This document shows, piece after piece, positions 8,849 through 19,393 of a stretch of DNA of 58,245 nt (its first letter is position 1; each line of letters opens with the position of its first letter). This DNA comes from a virus (lineage: Duplodnaviria; Heunggongvirae; Uroviricota; Caudoviricetes), in the IMG/VR virus record IMGVR_UViG_3300026088_000011; one strand, written 5' to 3'. A program made the position numbers and the translations under genes. Below the pieces are notes generated by a model, which did not search any database, was not told where the DNA came from, and saw nothing but the letters and a program-made list of their open reading frames with translations.

Positions 8849-10594
8849 ATGACTATACCAGGAATGAATGATTGGCAAAATACTTCCAATAATAATGGAT
8901 GTGGGTGTATTCCTACTATCACTTGGTTTCCTTGTGGTTGCTCTCCTATTAGAATAAATAGCACAGATGTAATATACACAGGAGCAGATTTAGTTAATTC
9001 AGGAATTCTTACTAATGATAATTTAACACAAGCCCTAGCTAAAATTGATGCAATTATTAGTTCTGGAGGAGGATTTACTTTAACTGATGGGAACGGAACC
9101 TTAGCAGGAGCAACTTTTGTAAACTGGGGAGGCACTTTAACTTCCGATGTAAGTATCTCAGGCTATCATAATATTACATTAGGTAATGGTCCAGCGTTAC
9201 AAAGCTTTTCTGCCCATGTTACAGATTTTGCAGTTACTACTCTTTTAGATTTGCTTTTAAGTGGTCTAGGATATATAGAAATTAGAAATGCAGGAGTTGG
9301 GGTTTATGACGAATCTATTACATTAACTTCAGGAGGTATATCCTTATTATATACGAATTCTATATCTTCCAAACAAACAATAGTAAATGTTGGGGATAAT
9401 TTTGTAAAAATTTCTTCTACAGATTCATCCTTTCCAGGAGCTACTTATGATATTAATTATGGGGTTAATTTTACAACAAGATCTCTTATTGATAAAAATT
9501 ATGCAGATATACATTTAACAGGATTAACTTTTACAAATTCCCCATCAAATGGAAATGTTCCAACATATAATGGTACTAATTGGACATTTTCTACTCCAAG
9601 TGGAGGATCAGGGATAACCGTAGGAACTACTACCATTACTTCAGGTACAACAGGAAGAATTCCCTATAACAATGCAGGAATTTACTCAGAGACAGCTAAT
9701 TTGTCATGGGATGGATTTAGTATTTTACAAGTAAGTAGAGTTCAATCTGGAGGAACTGCTGGATATACCTCACAAGGATTCAATGCTGTTAATGGAGAAT
9801 TTCAATATAGTAATAACGGTGCTGATGCTTTTGCGTCATTTAGGGTATCCCATTTTAGTTCTGTCGGTGGTTTAGGAACAGGAGTATCTATAGACTTTGG
9901 GAGTACAGCAGCAGCAGGTAATGAAAAATTGGGTGGGAATATTGGCATAGTAGCAACTAATGTAGGTGTAGGAACAGAAGCATTTGATTTTGTGATTAAC
10001 TTAATGACTGGAGGTGCTGCTGCAACAGAGATATTTAGATTTGTACCAGATGGTACATTAAAAACTCCGAATAATGGAGCCGGAACATCAGGTCAGCTTA
10101 TTGTTAAAAGTGGAACAGGCACAACAGGAAGTGGATTTGTAGAATTAGCAAGTGGAGCTACTTCTGCTGGCACAAGTGGAGGAGCAGCAATTGTATCAGG
10201 AACAGGAACAACTGGTTCAGGCACTGTAGGAGTTATAAGTGGACCAGTCTCCGCTGGAGCATCTGGACAAGTAAGTGTAACTTCAGGAAATGGAACTACA
10301 GGAAGCGGACAAGTTCTAATTATAAGTGGAAATGCATCTGCTGGAAATAGTGGGGATATAATCATACAATGTGGATCAGCCAGCGGATCAGTAGGAGCTG
10401 TTATTGTACAAGGTAGAGCTACTGGAAAATTATCATTTTATGGTAATGCTGGAATATTACAACCAACTACTGCTGGAGCAGCATCATCATTTAGTGCTAA
10501 TGCTGGAACTGCTATAAATGACGCTTCTACATTTGATGGATATACATTAAAACAAGTTGTAGCTGCCATCAGACTTTTAGGATTATTAGCTTAA
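8849..10594 (+). CDS. Gly/Thr/Ser-rich tail fibre
   Basis: 581 aa; N-terminal Cys anchor module shared with 7729; G/S/T-rich beta repeats; fibre-type C-terminus. Confidence 0.75.
   Translation: MTIPGMNDWQNTSNNNGCGCIPTITWFPCGCSPIRINSTDVIYTGADLVNSGILTNDNLTQALAKIDAIISSGGGFTLTDGNGTLAGATFVNWGGTLTSDVSISGYHNITLGNGPALQSFSAHVTDFAVTTLLDLLLSGLGYIEIRNAGVGVYDESITLTSGGISLLYTNSISSKQTIVNVGDNFVKISSTDSSFPGATYDINYGVNFTTRSLIDKNYADIHLTGLTFTNSPSNGNVPTYNGTNWTFSTPSGGSGITVGTTTITSGTTGRIPYNNAGIYSETANLSWDGFSILQVSRVQSGGTAGYTSQGFNAVNGEFQYSNNGADAFASFRVSHFSSVGGLGTGVSIDFGSTAAAGNEKLGGNIGIVATNVGVGTEAFDFVINLMTGGAAATEIFRFVPDGTLKTPNNGAGTSGQLIVKSGTGTTGSGFVELASGATSAGTSGGAAIVSGTGTTGSGTVGVISGPVSAGASGQVSVTSGNGTTGSGQVLIISGNASAGNSGDIIIQCGSASGSVGAVIVQGRATGKLSFYGNAGILQPTTAGAASSFSANAGTAINDASTFDGYTLKQVVAAIRLLGLLA
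10091..10414 (+). repeat. Alternating 14/15-aa protein repeat (GxxxxxSGxGTTGS / GxxxxxSGxxSAGxS)
   Basis: Seven and a half units read directly from the translation of 8849..10594. Confidence 0.85.
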
Positions 10595-10595
10595 A

Positions 10596-10623
10596 ACTCC
10601 ACTTTTATTGGTTTAAGAGGAGT
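10596..10623 (+). other. Stem-loop exposing ATTGGTTT in its loop
   Basis: ACTCC-a-CTT / loop TTATTGGTTT / AAG-a-GGAGT, immediately after the fibre stop and immediately before a terminator. Confidence 0.5.
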
Positions 10624-10656
10624 CCCCATTTGGTAGAAATATCAAATGGGGTTTTT
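10624..10656 (+). terminator. Intrinsic terminator after the fibre operon
   Basis: CCCCATTTGGT-agaaat-ATCAAATGGGG (one G.U pair) followed by T5. Confidence 0.8.
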
Positions 10657-10705
10657 ATTTCTAATTGTTTTAGTTAATTTACTATAATTAATTTAGTTAA
10701 ATAAG

Positions 10706-10737
10706 TTTGCTAAATAGAAATCTTCTTCATATCTTTA
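10706..10737 (+). promoter_or_regulatory. Bacteroidota-type promoter upstream of metallophosphoesterase
   Basis: TTTG 10706-10709, 20-nt spacer, TAtcTTTA 10730-10737. Confidence 0.6.
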
Positions 10738-10764
10738 CTGTTGATTTAACCAAACAATCATAAA

Positions 10765-11988
10765 ATGACTGAAAACCAAGAGATTTTAGATCAATTACAG
10801 AAACTCCTAACATGGAAGAAATCCAAAGCTTTTGTAGCTAGTAAATTAGGGGTTACGGAACTAGAACTGGAAGAATTAATAAAACAACTAAATAAAGAAG
10901 AAGAACCATTAGAATCAACTAAAAAAGTAAATAATGATAAGGGAACTATAGAAAGCTCATTAGAGCTTGATTTTGAGCCTAAATCAGACGAAGACCTATA
11001 TAAGCTTCATAAGATAAATCCTGAAAAGTACAAAATAAGTACATATTGGAGTAAGATGAAGTCTAATGGTAAATTTACTTCTTCTGTATTTGCTACGTTA
11101 ATTAGAATAGATAGTGATTTAATCTCTCAAAAAGAGGTTTTACTAAAGGAGCTTAGAGATGCCTCAGAATACAAACCTTATAAATTTTCTGATTGTAAAG
11201 GTATAGATAGAAGATTAGCATATGAGGTAAATATACCAGATGTTCATTTTGGTAAAATGTCTTGGGGAGAGGAGAGTGGAGAAGACTATGATCTAAGAAT
11301 AGCAGAAGAAAGATATAAAACAGCCATATCTGAACTTATTTCATATATTAATCCTTTATCTATAGAGAAAATCATATTTCCTATAGGAAATGACATGATT
11401 AATATAGATTCTAGAAGAAATGAAACTTTTGCAGGAACTCCTCAAGATAGCGATAGTAGGTTTTATAAAATAGTAAAAACTGTCAAAAGTATATTAATTA
11501 GAGCAATCGATGGATTATCTTTAATAGCTCCTGTAGATGTAATTGTGGTCAGTGGAAATCATGATACAGAAACAATGTTTATGATAGGAGAAATGTTAGA
11601 TGCTTACTATCATAATAATTCTAATGTTAATATAGATAATTCTCCAAAACAGAGAAAATACTACAGGTATGGAGTAACTGGATTTCAATATACTCACGGG
11701 AATGAAGAGAAACATCATGAGTTAGGATTGATATTCGCCACAGAGGAATCTAGATTATGGGCAGATACTACATTTAGAATTTGTAAACTTGGGCATTTTC
11801 ATAAAAATAAGAAAACAGAATATGTATCTGTTGATGAGCATCAAGGGTTTCAAGTCCAAATACTTCCTTCCCTAAGTGGATCAGATGCTTGGCATAAGTC
11901 TAAAGGATATATGTCTAAAAAGCAAGCAAAGGGATTTTTATATGATAAACATAAAGGACAAATAGGAGAGTTTACTTATTCTGTATGA
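10765..11988 (+). CDS. Calcineurin-like metallophosphoesterase with N-terminal HTH-like segment
   Basis: Motifs PDVHFG, GND, SGNHD, THG, LGHFH in canonical order. Confidence 0.85.
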   Translation: MTENQEILDQLQKLLTWKKSKAFVASKLGVTELELEELIKQLNKEEEPLESTKKVNNDKGTIESSLELDFEPKSDEDLYKLHKINPEKYKISTYWSKMKSNGKFTSSVFATLIRIDSDLISQKEVLLKELRDASEYKPYKFSDCKGIDRRLAYEVNIPDVHFGKMSWGEESGEDYDLRIAEERYKTAISELISYINPLSIEKIIFPIGNDMINIDSRRNETFAGTPQDSDSRFYKIVKTVKSILIRAIDGLSLIAPVDVIVVSGNHDTETMFMIGEMLDAYYHNNSNVNIDNSPKQRKYYRYGVTGFQYTHGNEEKHHELGLIFATEESRLWADTTFRICKLGHFHKNKKTEYVSVDEHQGFQVQILPSLSGSDAWHKSKGYMSKKQAKGFLYDKHKGQIGEFTYSV

Positions 11989-12626
11989 TAGTTTATATTA
12001 CTACAAATCTTATTAATGGAAGAAAGTACATAGGAAAGGACGTTAGAAATAATCCTAGCTATCTCGGAAGCGGTAAAATATTTAGACAAGCTTTATTAAA
12101 ATACGGTAAGAAAAATTTCCAAAAAGAAATATTAGGAATTGCTAATAACAAAGAAGAATTATGTGAATTGGAGTCCTATTATATAGATTACTATAATGCT
12201 CAAAAATCAGAATTATTTTATAATATTACAAAAGGTGGAGATGGAGGAGTTACGCATGATCAATCTTTAAAAAAGGTAAAAGTTTATCAATTTGATAAAA
12301 AACTAAATCTAATAAGAGAGTGGGAAAGTGCAGGAGAAGCATCTAAAAATTTAACAATAAATAGATCTAAAATTGTTTCAGCTTGCAAAAATAATAGATT
12401 ATCTGGAGGTTATTTTTGGAGTAAATATTCTAATATAATTTTAAGAAGTGATCTTCATCAAAGATATAAACCAATTTTACAATATACATTAGATGGAATT
12501 TTAATAAAAAGATGGGAATATCTAGAACAGATTAAAAAAGCAACAAGTTTTAATAAAGCAAATATTCATAAATGTCTTAAAGGTAAATACAAGAGAGTTT
12601 ATGGATTTGTATGGAAATACGAATAA
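11985..12626 (+). CDS. Free-standing GIY-YIG endonuclease with NUMOD1-like DNA-binding repeats
   Basis: MIVYITTNLINGRKYIGK...YLGSG...ELESYYI; two C-terminal VYQF/LQY...EW...A...I...CxxxxxGyxW repeats; ATGA overlap. Confidence 0.85.
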   Translation: MIVYITTNLINGRKYIGKDVRNNPSYLGSGKIFRQALLKYGKKNFQKEILGIANNKEELCELESYYIDYYNAQKSELFYNITKGGDGGVTHDQSLKKVKVYQFDKKLNLIREWESAGEASKNLTINRSKIVSACKNNRLSGGYFWSKYSNIILRSDLHQRYKPILQYTLDGILIKRWEYLEQIKKATSFNKANIHKCLKGKYKRVYGFVWKYE

Positions 12627-12628
12627 TT

Positions 12629-13351
12629 ATGACAGCAAGAAAAATTGTAAGTGACGTTCGCAGTATGCACAAATTATTATCCACTGATAATAGTATTACA
12701 GATAGAGCTATTCTTTCTGAGATTAGAAATAATACTATATTCTTAGTTAAAAGAGAAACAAATCTTAGAAAACTCTGGGCTACAGACACAATTTTCAATA
12801 CCCTTCCTTGTTTGGAAATGATTGAGGTTCCAATAAGTGAGTGTTGTGATTATGTTGATCCTTGTAATATAGCTAGGAGTAAATTCAAACTTCCAAGAAT
12901 TTCAGAAGGAAATTATCAATATACCATACAAGGAGTATGGAGTATAAATGCTCTAGGAGGTAGAGGAAAGGAACTTAAAGAAATAACAGTCAATCGTTAT
13001 ATTAATCTTTTAAAACTCCAGATAATTAAGAAAGATATATATTATTTCATTGTTAATGGATATTTATATGCCACCAATCCATTACTTCAAGCTGTTAGAA
13101 TGGCAGCTTTCTTTGAAGAAGATATTCCTAATGAAATAGCTTTTCCTGATTGCGGTTGTGGAACAGCATACACACTAGAAGATTTATGTAAAAATCCTCT
13201 AGACAAGGAGTTTGCTCTCCCAGGATATTTAGAAAAGCCTGTTTTAGAACTCACCTCTCAAAAACTACTTAATACCTATTACAGACTAAAAACGGACCTC
13301 ACTTCAGATAATGTAGATGGTCAATCTCCTAATACAACAAACGCTAATTAA
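12629..13351 (+). CDS. Tail ring protein, crAss-like (start revised from 12611 to ATG 12629)
   Basis: MTARKIVSDVRSMHKLLSTDNSITDRAIL N-terminus recalled for crAss-like ring proteins; Cys-rich inserts; ATG 12629 follows the GIY-YIG stop by 2 nt. Confidence 0.65.
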   Translation: MTARKIVSDVRSMHKLLSTDNSITDRAILSEIRNNTIFLVKRETNLRKLWATDTIFNTLPCLEMIEVPISECCDYVDPCNIARSKFKLPRISEGNYQYTIQGVWSINALGGRGKELKEITVNRYINLLKLQIIKKDIYYFIVNGYLYATNPLLQAVRMAAFFEEDIPNEIAFPDCGCGTAYTLEDLCKNPLDKEFALPGYLEKPVLELTSQKLLNTYYRLKTDLTSDNVDGQSPNTTNAN

Positions 13352-13831
13352 TTGAGAACAGCAGTAGACTATAGATCTGGAAGTAGAGATTGTTATACAG
13401 CCTTCTGTAAGAAGCATCCTACAATAAAAATCTCCTTCGACCAATGGAGGAATATTATATATGGATTTAATGAGTCTTTTAAAACTTATATTCTGGAAAC
13501 AGGTAAAAAAGCCAGAATTCCTTCTGGCTTTGGAGAATTCTCCATAACTAAGAAGAAAAGAAAAAGAATAACTATAGATCCAGAAGGTAAAGAACATATC
13601 AATCTCCCTATAGATTGGAAGAAAACCAAGGAAAAAGGTAAAACAATATACAATTTCAACTTCCATACAGAGGGATATTTCTTTGGATGGATATGGTTTA
13701 AAAATTCTACAAGATTAAAACATGTAGATTTATGGTGGTTTAAACCTTCTAGAATAACATCAAGACTTATAAACCATTATATTAAAGCAGACAATAAATA
13801 TCAACACCTCTATCAATCTTGGCATCCTTAA
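13352..13831 (+). CDS. Divergent IHF/HU-like DNA-binding protein
   Basis: Helical N-half, then IPSGFGEFSITKKKRK and a beta-arm (IDW) as in crAss-like IHF homologs; TTG start directly after the upstream stop. Confidence 0.65.
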   Translation: MRTAVDYRSGSRDCYTAFCKKHPTIKISFDQWRNIIYGFNESFKTYILETGKKARIPSGFGEFSITKKKRKRITIDPEGKEHINLPIDWKKTKEKGKTIYNFNFHTEGYFFGWIWFKNSTRLKHVDLWWFKPSRITSRLINHYIKADNKYQHLYQSWHP

Positions 13832-13840
13832 TATACTAAA

Positions 13841-14776
13841 ATGAGCTATTATTATAAATATAATTTTGTTAGTCCTGAGCCTGTTTATGCTATAGCAAAA
13901 GAGGAATTCAAGACCTATTTTGATACAGGAGCTGTAGATGATTTATTATTTCCAATTTACACAAATAAGTGTTTAAATAAACTTGGTAAAGGAAGTTATG
14001 CAATAGAAGAAGAAATTCTTCATATAGAGGATTTTGAAGCTAGGCTTCCTGATAATTTCTATGCTGTAAGAGAAGCTTGGTTATGCACAGCAGTAAATGG
14101 GTTCCCTGTACAAACAGCTAATTCATTCTATTCTCAGGCTGCATCTGTACAAACTATACAAGTAAGCCCAGTTACAATAGGAGGTAGTGCTTGTACTAAT
14201 GTGGAATGTCAAGATGCTAATTGTCCAGGATGTATGCCTGAATTTATACAAGCTGTGTACAAAACTAATAATACTTTTAATCATACCTATAGAAGAGAAT
14301 ATCTATTAAAACCTGGAAATATCTCTACGAAAAGACATTGTTCTTTACATTGTGCTAATTTTGGAGCTTCTGGACCAGATAGTTTTGATATTAGAGACAA
14401 TAAATTTGTCACTAATTTTAGAAATGGACATGTTCATTTAATATTCTATGCTACAGAGTATGATAGTTGTGACAATCAACTTATTCCTGATAATTATAGA
14501 ATAAAAGAATTCATTGAACTCTTCATTAAATACAAAGTAGTGGAGACTCTTATTAATCAAGTTAATGATGAAACCTTTAATCAACTTCAAACTAAACTTG
14601 TATATTATAAAGCACTTGCCGATGAGGCTTTTATAATGGCAGATTTGGAAACAAAGAAACAAACTGTTTATCAGAAGAGATTAGCTATTAAAGGACAACT
14701 TAATAGTTTTAATAAATATGAACTTCCTAGTGGTACAGTGAGAGGACTTTGGCGTAGAAATGGAACTAGATGGTAA
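13841..14776 (+). CDS. Tail ring/tubular protein (portal-proximal), crAss-like
   Basis: 311 aa between the IHF-like and muzzle genes; Cys-rich inserts; C-terminal helical segment. Confidence 0.65.
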   Translation: MSYYYKYNFVSPEPVYAIAKEEFKTYFDTGAVDDLLFPIYTNKCLNKLGKGSYAIEEEILHIEDFEARLPDNFYAVREAWLCTAVNGFPVQTANSFYSQAASVQTIQVSPVTIGGSACTNVECQDANCPGCMPEFIQAVYKTNNTFNHTYRREYLLKPGNISTKRHCSLHCANFGASGPDSFDIRDNKFVTNFRNGHVHLIFYATEYDSCDNQLIPDNYRIKEFIELFIKYKVVETLINQVNDETFNQLQTKLVYYKALADEAFIMADLETKKQTVYQKRLAIKGQLNSFNKYELPSGTVRGLWRRNGTRW

Positions 14777-14787
14777 ATAATCTATAA

Positions 14788-17700
14788 GTGGCTGATCAAC
14801 AATCTAATATACAACAAGAGAACAACATAGCCAGATTGGGTATGAATATGGATCTTTCAGTGAATCAGATTCCTAAAGGTCAGTATACATATTCCTTAAA
14901 TGGTAATGTTGAAAATTTTGATGCTAATGGAATCTCTATTCAAAATGAGAGTGGAAATGAACTTTGTTTAGAATTTCCTACAGATTTCAAATTAATAGGA
15001 AATCATTTTATTCAAGAACAAAATAAACATATATTCTTTTTAACCAATCCTAATACAGGAGATAGTCAGATAGGGTATATGAATAACAATGATTGTATAT
15101 ACTTAGTATATATAGATGACCCTTGTTTGAATTTTAATATTCACTATCCTATTTTAAAGTGTGTACATAAGATAACCAACTGTTCTACAGAGATATACTG
15201 GACAGATGGATTAAATTCTAGAAGATTTTTAGATTTGAATAATATTCCATATAGGACTATTATAGGAGATACTATTTGTGATGTAAAAACATTCAAAGAA
15301 ATAGATTGTAACAAACTTAAAGTACAGCCAAATTTTACAATCCCTCAGTTAGTAGTATCAGATGTTATAAATGGAGGAGATAATATTGCAGGAACTTATC
15401 AATTTGCAGTACAATATTGTGATGTAGCAGGAGATGGATACACTTCTTATTATTCTATTACAAACCCTACACCATTATTTAATCCTTTAGTATCCACTTT
15501 AGACTTTAATTATCATATAAATAAATCGATAGTTTTAGACATTACTAATATAGATGTTACCGGATACTTTAAATACTTTAATGTAGCAGTAATAAAAACT
15601 ATAAATAATATTACTTCTGTAGAGCTTGTAAATACTTATTTTATAGATGATGATCATAAACAAGTTATATACAGTGGACAAAATCAAACACAAATAAGGT
15701 TAACTGTAAATGATATATTTGAGAAATTTCCATATTATGATATAGCTCAAGACGTAACTGCTGTACAGGATATATTAGTTTGGGATCAACTCACATCTAT
15801 TGATAGAATAAACTACCAGCAAATAGCTAGTAAAATATCATTATATTGGGAAACTTGGAGAATTCCTTCATCAGAAACCTATGCCGATGAAACTAATTCT
15901 ACTAATCTTAGAGGATATTTAAGAGATGAGGTATATCCTTTTGAAATAGTATTTCAACTAGCAAATGGTAAAGAAACTGATGGATTTCATATTCCAGGTA
16001 GACTAGCTCTTCCTTCTGATTTACTAGATGTTCCCCCTATAAATGATGATTTTATAGGAACTCCTGATCCAGTGACAGGTAATCTTCCCTATTGGAAAAT
16101 ATATAATACTGCTTCTCTTATAGCAACTGATTCAGGATTTACAAATTCATCAACCTATAAAGGACCTTACCAATATGGTAATTTCTCATATTGGGAATCT
16201 TCAGAAACATATCCTTGTAATACAGATGTATGGGGAGATTTAGCAGGACAACCAATTAGGCATCATAAGTTTCCAGATGTATTAGTAAGTCCTATATTTG
16301 AAAGCTCTATATATACTTCAGGTTCTCCAATAACTCCAGTAATGGAAGAATCTGCTATTTTCCCTATAGGAGTTAGGATAGATGCAAGTCAAGTTGCACA
16401 ATTAGTTGCATCTTCTAATTTAACAAGTGCTCAAAAAGAAGCCATTGTTGGATTTAAAATAGTTAGAGGAGACAGAAGTACTAATAAATCCATTGTTGCT
16501 AAAGGTATTCTTAGAAATGTAGGAAAGTATAATAGACAGGGAAACGATTACTATTTTGCAAATTATCCATATAATGATTTAAGGACAGATCCTTTCTTAT
16601 TAGAAAATACAAATGCTTTTAATGCTCAATGTAATACATACAAATTTGCAGTTACAGTTACAGGAACCTATCAATATACTGACTGTTTTACAAACTCTAC
16701 AATAACAGCAGATATGACTAGTGGAGAAACTGTGCAAGTTTGCTCTCTTACAGTGCCTGTTATAGTATCAGGGACTGTTACCCTTCCTATACAACAATTG
16801 AATTATGATACTTATCAATTAATTGCAAATAACAATCCCACTATCTTTTCTTACACTGATATAGATAATAACGTACAATCAATCAGTGTATTTAGAGATA
16901 ATCCTGTAACAGTGCAAGTAAAGGTGGGAACAACACCTGCTGTTTTATTTCCATTTTCAGGAACATCTATACAGATAAATACATTTAGAAATGACCTGTG
17001 TTATCCTGCTAATCTATCAGCATTCTCTACAGATGATAGTAAATTCAGATATGTTTTCAATTCTCCAGAAACATCATTTGGACAACCCTTCTTAGGGAAT
17101 GTCCTAAAATTAGAGAATGTTGTATTTGGTGCAGGAAAAGCACATTTTGTAGAAGTAAAGAAAAATGCCCTGTATAAACTTCTTACTAAGGAGGCTCAAG
17201 AAGATGCATTGAAATCAAGTTATGATATTGCAAATATAACTGCTCCATTCAATGCAACTGCAATGTTCACAGCATATCAGGCGTATCTTCAAATTTACAT
17301 AAATGGTATAACAAGGAAGAATTATGGTTGGAGCTATAATTCTATAGCAAGTTATAACTATTGGGCAGATGTTAATAATAATTTGGGAATAAAACAAAGA
17401 GAACTAGATATAGCTCAATATTTGATTCCTGTTGTCCAGAGTGTTAATGAGTCTAATAGTATTGTAGTTAATAACTACCAAAGAGAATCTTCCATCTATT
17501 TAAAAACTAAAGGAAGTGTAGCCCTACCTTATGCTAGTCAGACTCCATCTTTAATTATTTCTGGTACTACTAGTGCAATTGAAGATAAGTCCAGATATGT
17601 GAATTCTCAAAAGGATTGTGCTCATCCTCAAAATCAATTTGATATTTCAGTGGTATCATATTATGGATCAATAAAAGACAACATACTCAATCAATGGGGA

Positions 17701-19389
17701 CAGATATATTCATATACAACAATTGATACAGGATTTCAAACCCTTATAGATTTGCAATCTTTGATAAGCTCTCCTTCTACAATAACAATATTTGGAGGAG
17801 ATACATTTATTAATAAATTTGCTTTTAAAACAAAACTACCCTTCTTTATAGATAATAGAGTGGGTGCTCCTGATGACAGTGATATATTCTATGATGAAAT
17901 AGGGAATGTTGCCTATCCTCAATATTGGCACTCAGCTAGGTCTATATTATATGATTATAAGGTGAATGCCACACCTACTTATGGGAAAAATTTAATATCC
18001 ATAAAAGCTCATTATTTTGATTGTCCAAACAATCAACTTCCTGTACCAGATCCAGTGGCTACTCCTCCTGTTGTAAATCCAGGAAGAACTTATTATGATG
18101 GTAAGATGTATATGTTCGCTTATGGAATACCATCGTTTTATTGTGAAAGTTCTGTAAATGTAGATTTAAGACAAGCATTTAATAATAGAGAAGGAGATTT
18201 CTTTCCTCATGTCACTAAGAATATTCCTGATGATTGGGTTCAAGAGAGTTTTGTACCTATTGTTCAGGATAATACATACTATTATAATGTATCTTATTCG
18301 AAACAAAATAATGAGAATTTTATATCACACCTACCCCCTAATTGGACTTCTCAGTTGTGTTTCACTCATTTTCCATTTAGAAGCATATATTCTGATCCTC
18401 AGCAAAGTTTTACAGATAATAAGATAAATGCATGGTTGATATACAGACCAATTTCCTATTTTGATTTCCCTCAAAACTACGGTAGGCTTGTATCTTTAGA
18501 TGGTATAGAAAATAAGGCTATTTTAGCCAGATTTGAAAATAAATCATTATTATACAATACTTTACTTACTATTAATACTAGTAATCCAAAAGCAGCCTAT
18601 TTAGGAAACGATACATTATTTAGAAGTAGTCCTCCTATAGATTTTGCAGAAACAGATTTAGGATTTGTAGGAAGTCAACATAAATTCTTATTGAAAATTC
18701 CTCAAGGGCAAGTAACAATAGATGCTAAAAGAGGACAAGTATTTCTTATAATGGGAGGTCAAGTTAAGGATTTATCCCAATTTGGGAGTGGTATGAATAG
18801 ATTCTTTACAGATCATTTAGCTTTTGAAATATTAAGATATTTTCCAGATGTAGATATAGATAACAATTTTAATGGAATTGGGCTACATGGAGTATATGAT
18901 AGTAAATTTGATAGAGTTATAATTTCTAAATTAGATTATATTCCGGTAAGAGGAGACATTAAATATGATAGTATAAATAAAGAATTCTATATAGATCATA
19001 TCTATTCCCAGAATGCTCCCACTACATCTAGTACCACTACAAATCCTGATGCAACTACTACATCCACAACAACTATTCCTCCTATTGTAGTTAGAGAAAT
19101 TGTAGAATTAACAGATAGAGACTACTTTTGTAACAAATCATGGACTCTCTCATATAATATAAATACCCAATCTTGGACAAGTTTTCATAGTTATATCCCT
19201 AATTACTATATAGCAGAGAATAATTTCTTCTATTCAGGAATAAACGAAGGATGTGATTTAGAAGCAATAGCTGCTGTAGAAGTCCCCACCACTTCTACTA
19301 CCACTACAATAACACCAGATTGCACTATAGAGGGGGTTGCATATTTAGCAAGTTGCGGAATAGAAGGAGTAGCATTTAAAGAAGCATAA
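14788..19389 (+). CDS. Muzzle / tail stabilization protein (main part)
   Basis: 1533 aa; beta-propeller-type N-terminus (IYWTDGLNSRRFLDL), late SWTLSYN...WTSFHSYIPNYY block typical of crAss muzzle proteins; GTG start. Confidence 0.8.
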   Translation: MADQQSNIQQENNIARLGMNMDLSVNQIPKGQYTYSLNGNVENFDANGISIQNESGNELCLEFPTDFKLIGNHFIQEQNKHIFFLTNPNTGDSQIGYMNNNDCIYLVYIDDPCLNFNIHYPILKCVHKITNCSTEIYWTDGLNSRRFLDLNNIPYRTIIGDTICDVKTFKEIDCNKLKVQPNFTIPQLVVSDVINGGDNIAGTYQFAVQYCDVAGDGYTSYYSITNPTPLFNPLVSTLDFNYHINKSIVLDITNIDVTGYFKYFNVAVIKTINNITSVELVNTYFIDDDHKQVIYSGQNQTQIRLTVNDIFEKFPYYDIAQDVTAVQDILVWDQLTSIDRINYQQIASKISLYWETWRIPSSETYADETNSTNLRGYLRDEVYPFEIVFQLANGKETDGFHIPGRLALPSDLLDVPPINDDFIGTPDPVTGNLPYWKIYNTASLIATDSGFTNSSTYKGPYQYGNFSYWESSETYPCNTDVWGDLAGQPIRHHKFPDVLVSPIFESSIYTSGSPITPVMEESAIFPIGVRIDASQVAQLVASSNLTSAQKEAIVGFKIVRGDRSTNKSIVAKGILRNVGKYNRQGNDYYFANYPYNDLRTDPFLLENTNAFNAQCNTYKFAVTVTGTYQYTDCFTNSTITADMTSGETVQVCSLTVPVIVSGTVTLPIQQLNYDTYQLIANNNPTIFSYTDIDNNVQSISVFRDNPVTVQVKVGTTPAVLFPFSGTSIQINTFRNDLCYPANLSAFSTDDSKFRYVFNSPETSFGQPFLGNVLKLENVVFGAGKAHFVEVKKNALYKLLTKEAQEDALKSSYDIANITAPFNATAMFTAYQAYLQIYINGITRKNYGWSYNSIASYNYWADVNNNLGIKQRELDIAQYLIPVVQSVNESNSIVVNNYQRESSIYLKTKGSVALPYASQTPSLIISGTTSAIEDKSRYVNSQKDCAHPQNQFDISVVSYYGSIKDNILNQWGQIYSYTTIDTGFQTLIDLQSLISSPSTITIFGGDTFINKFAFKTKLPFFIDNRVGAPDDSDIFYDEIGNVAYPQYWHSARSILYDYKVNATPTYGKNLISIKAHYFDCPNNQLPVPDPVATPPVVNPGRTYYDGKMYMFAYGIPSFYCESSVNVDLRQAFNNREGDFFPHVTKNIPDDWVQESFVPIVQDNTYYYNVSYSKQNNENFISHLPPNWTSQLCFTHFPFRSIYSDPQQSFTDNKINAWLIYRPISYFDFPQNYGRLVSLDGIENKAILARFENKSLLYNTLLTINTSNPKAAYLGNDTLFRSSPPIDFAETDLGFVGSQHKFLLKIPQGQVTIDAKRGQVFLIMGGQVKDLSQFGSGMNRFFTDHLAFEILRYFPDVDIDNNFNGIGLHGVYDSKFDRVIISKLDYIPVRGDIKYDSINKEFYIDHIYSQNAPTTSSTTTNPDATTTSTTTIPPIVVREIVELTDRDYFCNKSWTLSYNINTQSWTSFHSYIPNYYIAENNFFYSGINEGCDLEAIAAVEVPTTSTTTTITPDCTIEGVAYLASCGIEGVAFKEA

Positions 19390-19393
19390 AATT

